The notes beneath the pieces are model-generated. The model did not search any database and had not been told where the DNA came from. It saw only the letters and a program-made list of their open reading frames with translations. The position numbers were made by a program, and so were the translations under genes. Shown here piece after piece: positions 63,602 through 64,000 of a stretch of DNA of 64,000 bases; the first letter of the stretch is position 1; every line of letters begins with the position of its first letter. This stretch comes from Tubiluchus corallicola (Eukaryota; Animalia; Priapulida): NCBI GenBank assembly GCA_030141605.1, contig JAQGDQ010000174.1, positions 1 to 64,000 on the forward strand, read 5' to 3'.

Positions 63602-64000
63602 CTAAAATGCACAAAAATAAGCTTTTATATATGTATATATGTATAAATTCTTTATTTGTCATTAAAAATGGCTTACTCATTACAATAAAATTGAGTAATC
63701 CTCAGCGTAATGTTAAAAACAACACTGTTCAAGACAAATGCGTCCAGTGCAGACTAAAAAAACTAAAGTGTAAAACTAAGGCCTAATTATATACAATAAA
63801 TGAACATATTTACAAACAATATTAAAATATTTTTACAAAACAATATTACAAAAAAAAACATTAAATTTTACAAGACATATTTTACACTATATGTACATTT
63901 AACATGACACAATTAAAAGAAACATGTTTTACATTACATAATTTTTTTTTAGTTTTACATTTTAATCGTTTTATGGAGTTAGGGGCGGGGGTAGATGAAA

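Overview
AT-rich, repeat-dense genomic DNA from an invertebrate animal. The myosin and insulin sequences look protostome/arthropod-like, but that is inference. Three protein-coding loci are supported, all on the minus strand. (1) The 3' part of a striated-type muscle myosin II heavy chain gene: 8 coding exons from 63601 to 54036, 1620 aa plus stop, all with phase-consistent GT-AG introns. It includes a 79-nt hinge exon and a 45-nt terminal exon that the ORF track misses; the gene's 5' end lies beyond the window. (2) An insulin-like prepropeptide (18045-17653) with no intron in its CDS, canonical cysteine spacing and a His-rich C-peptide. (3) A small spliced gene, largely invisible in the ORF track, encoding an Arg/Asp/Tyr/Ser-rich disordered micro-protein. 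Its exons are 14344-14187 and 8527-8468, with two candidate phase-1 first exons at 21590-21506 and 14861-14846. If the distal first exon is used, the insulin gene is nested in its first intron on the same strand. The rest is mobile-element debris and simple repeats: Penelope-like relics (including an inverted pLTR pair with hammerhead ribozyme cores), RTE LINE relics, hAT and Kolobok-like MITEs with target-site duplications, foldback hairpins, microsatellites, and minisatellites, at least two of which grew from retroelement 3' ends. All calls are by eye; no database searches were run.
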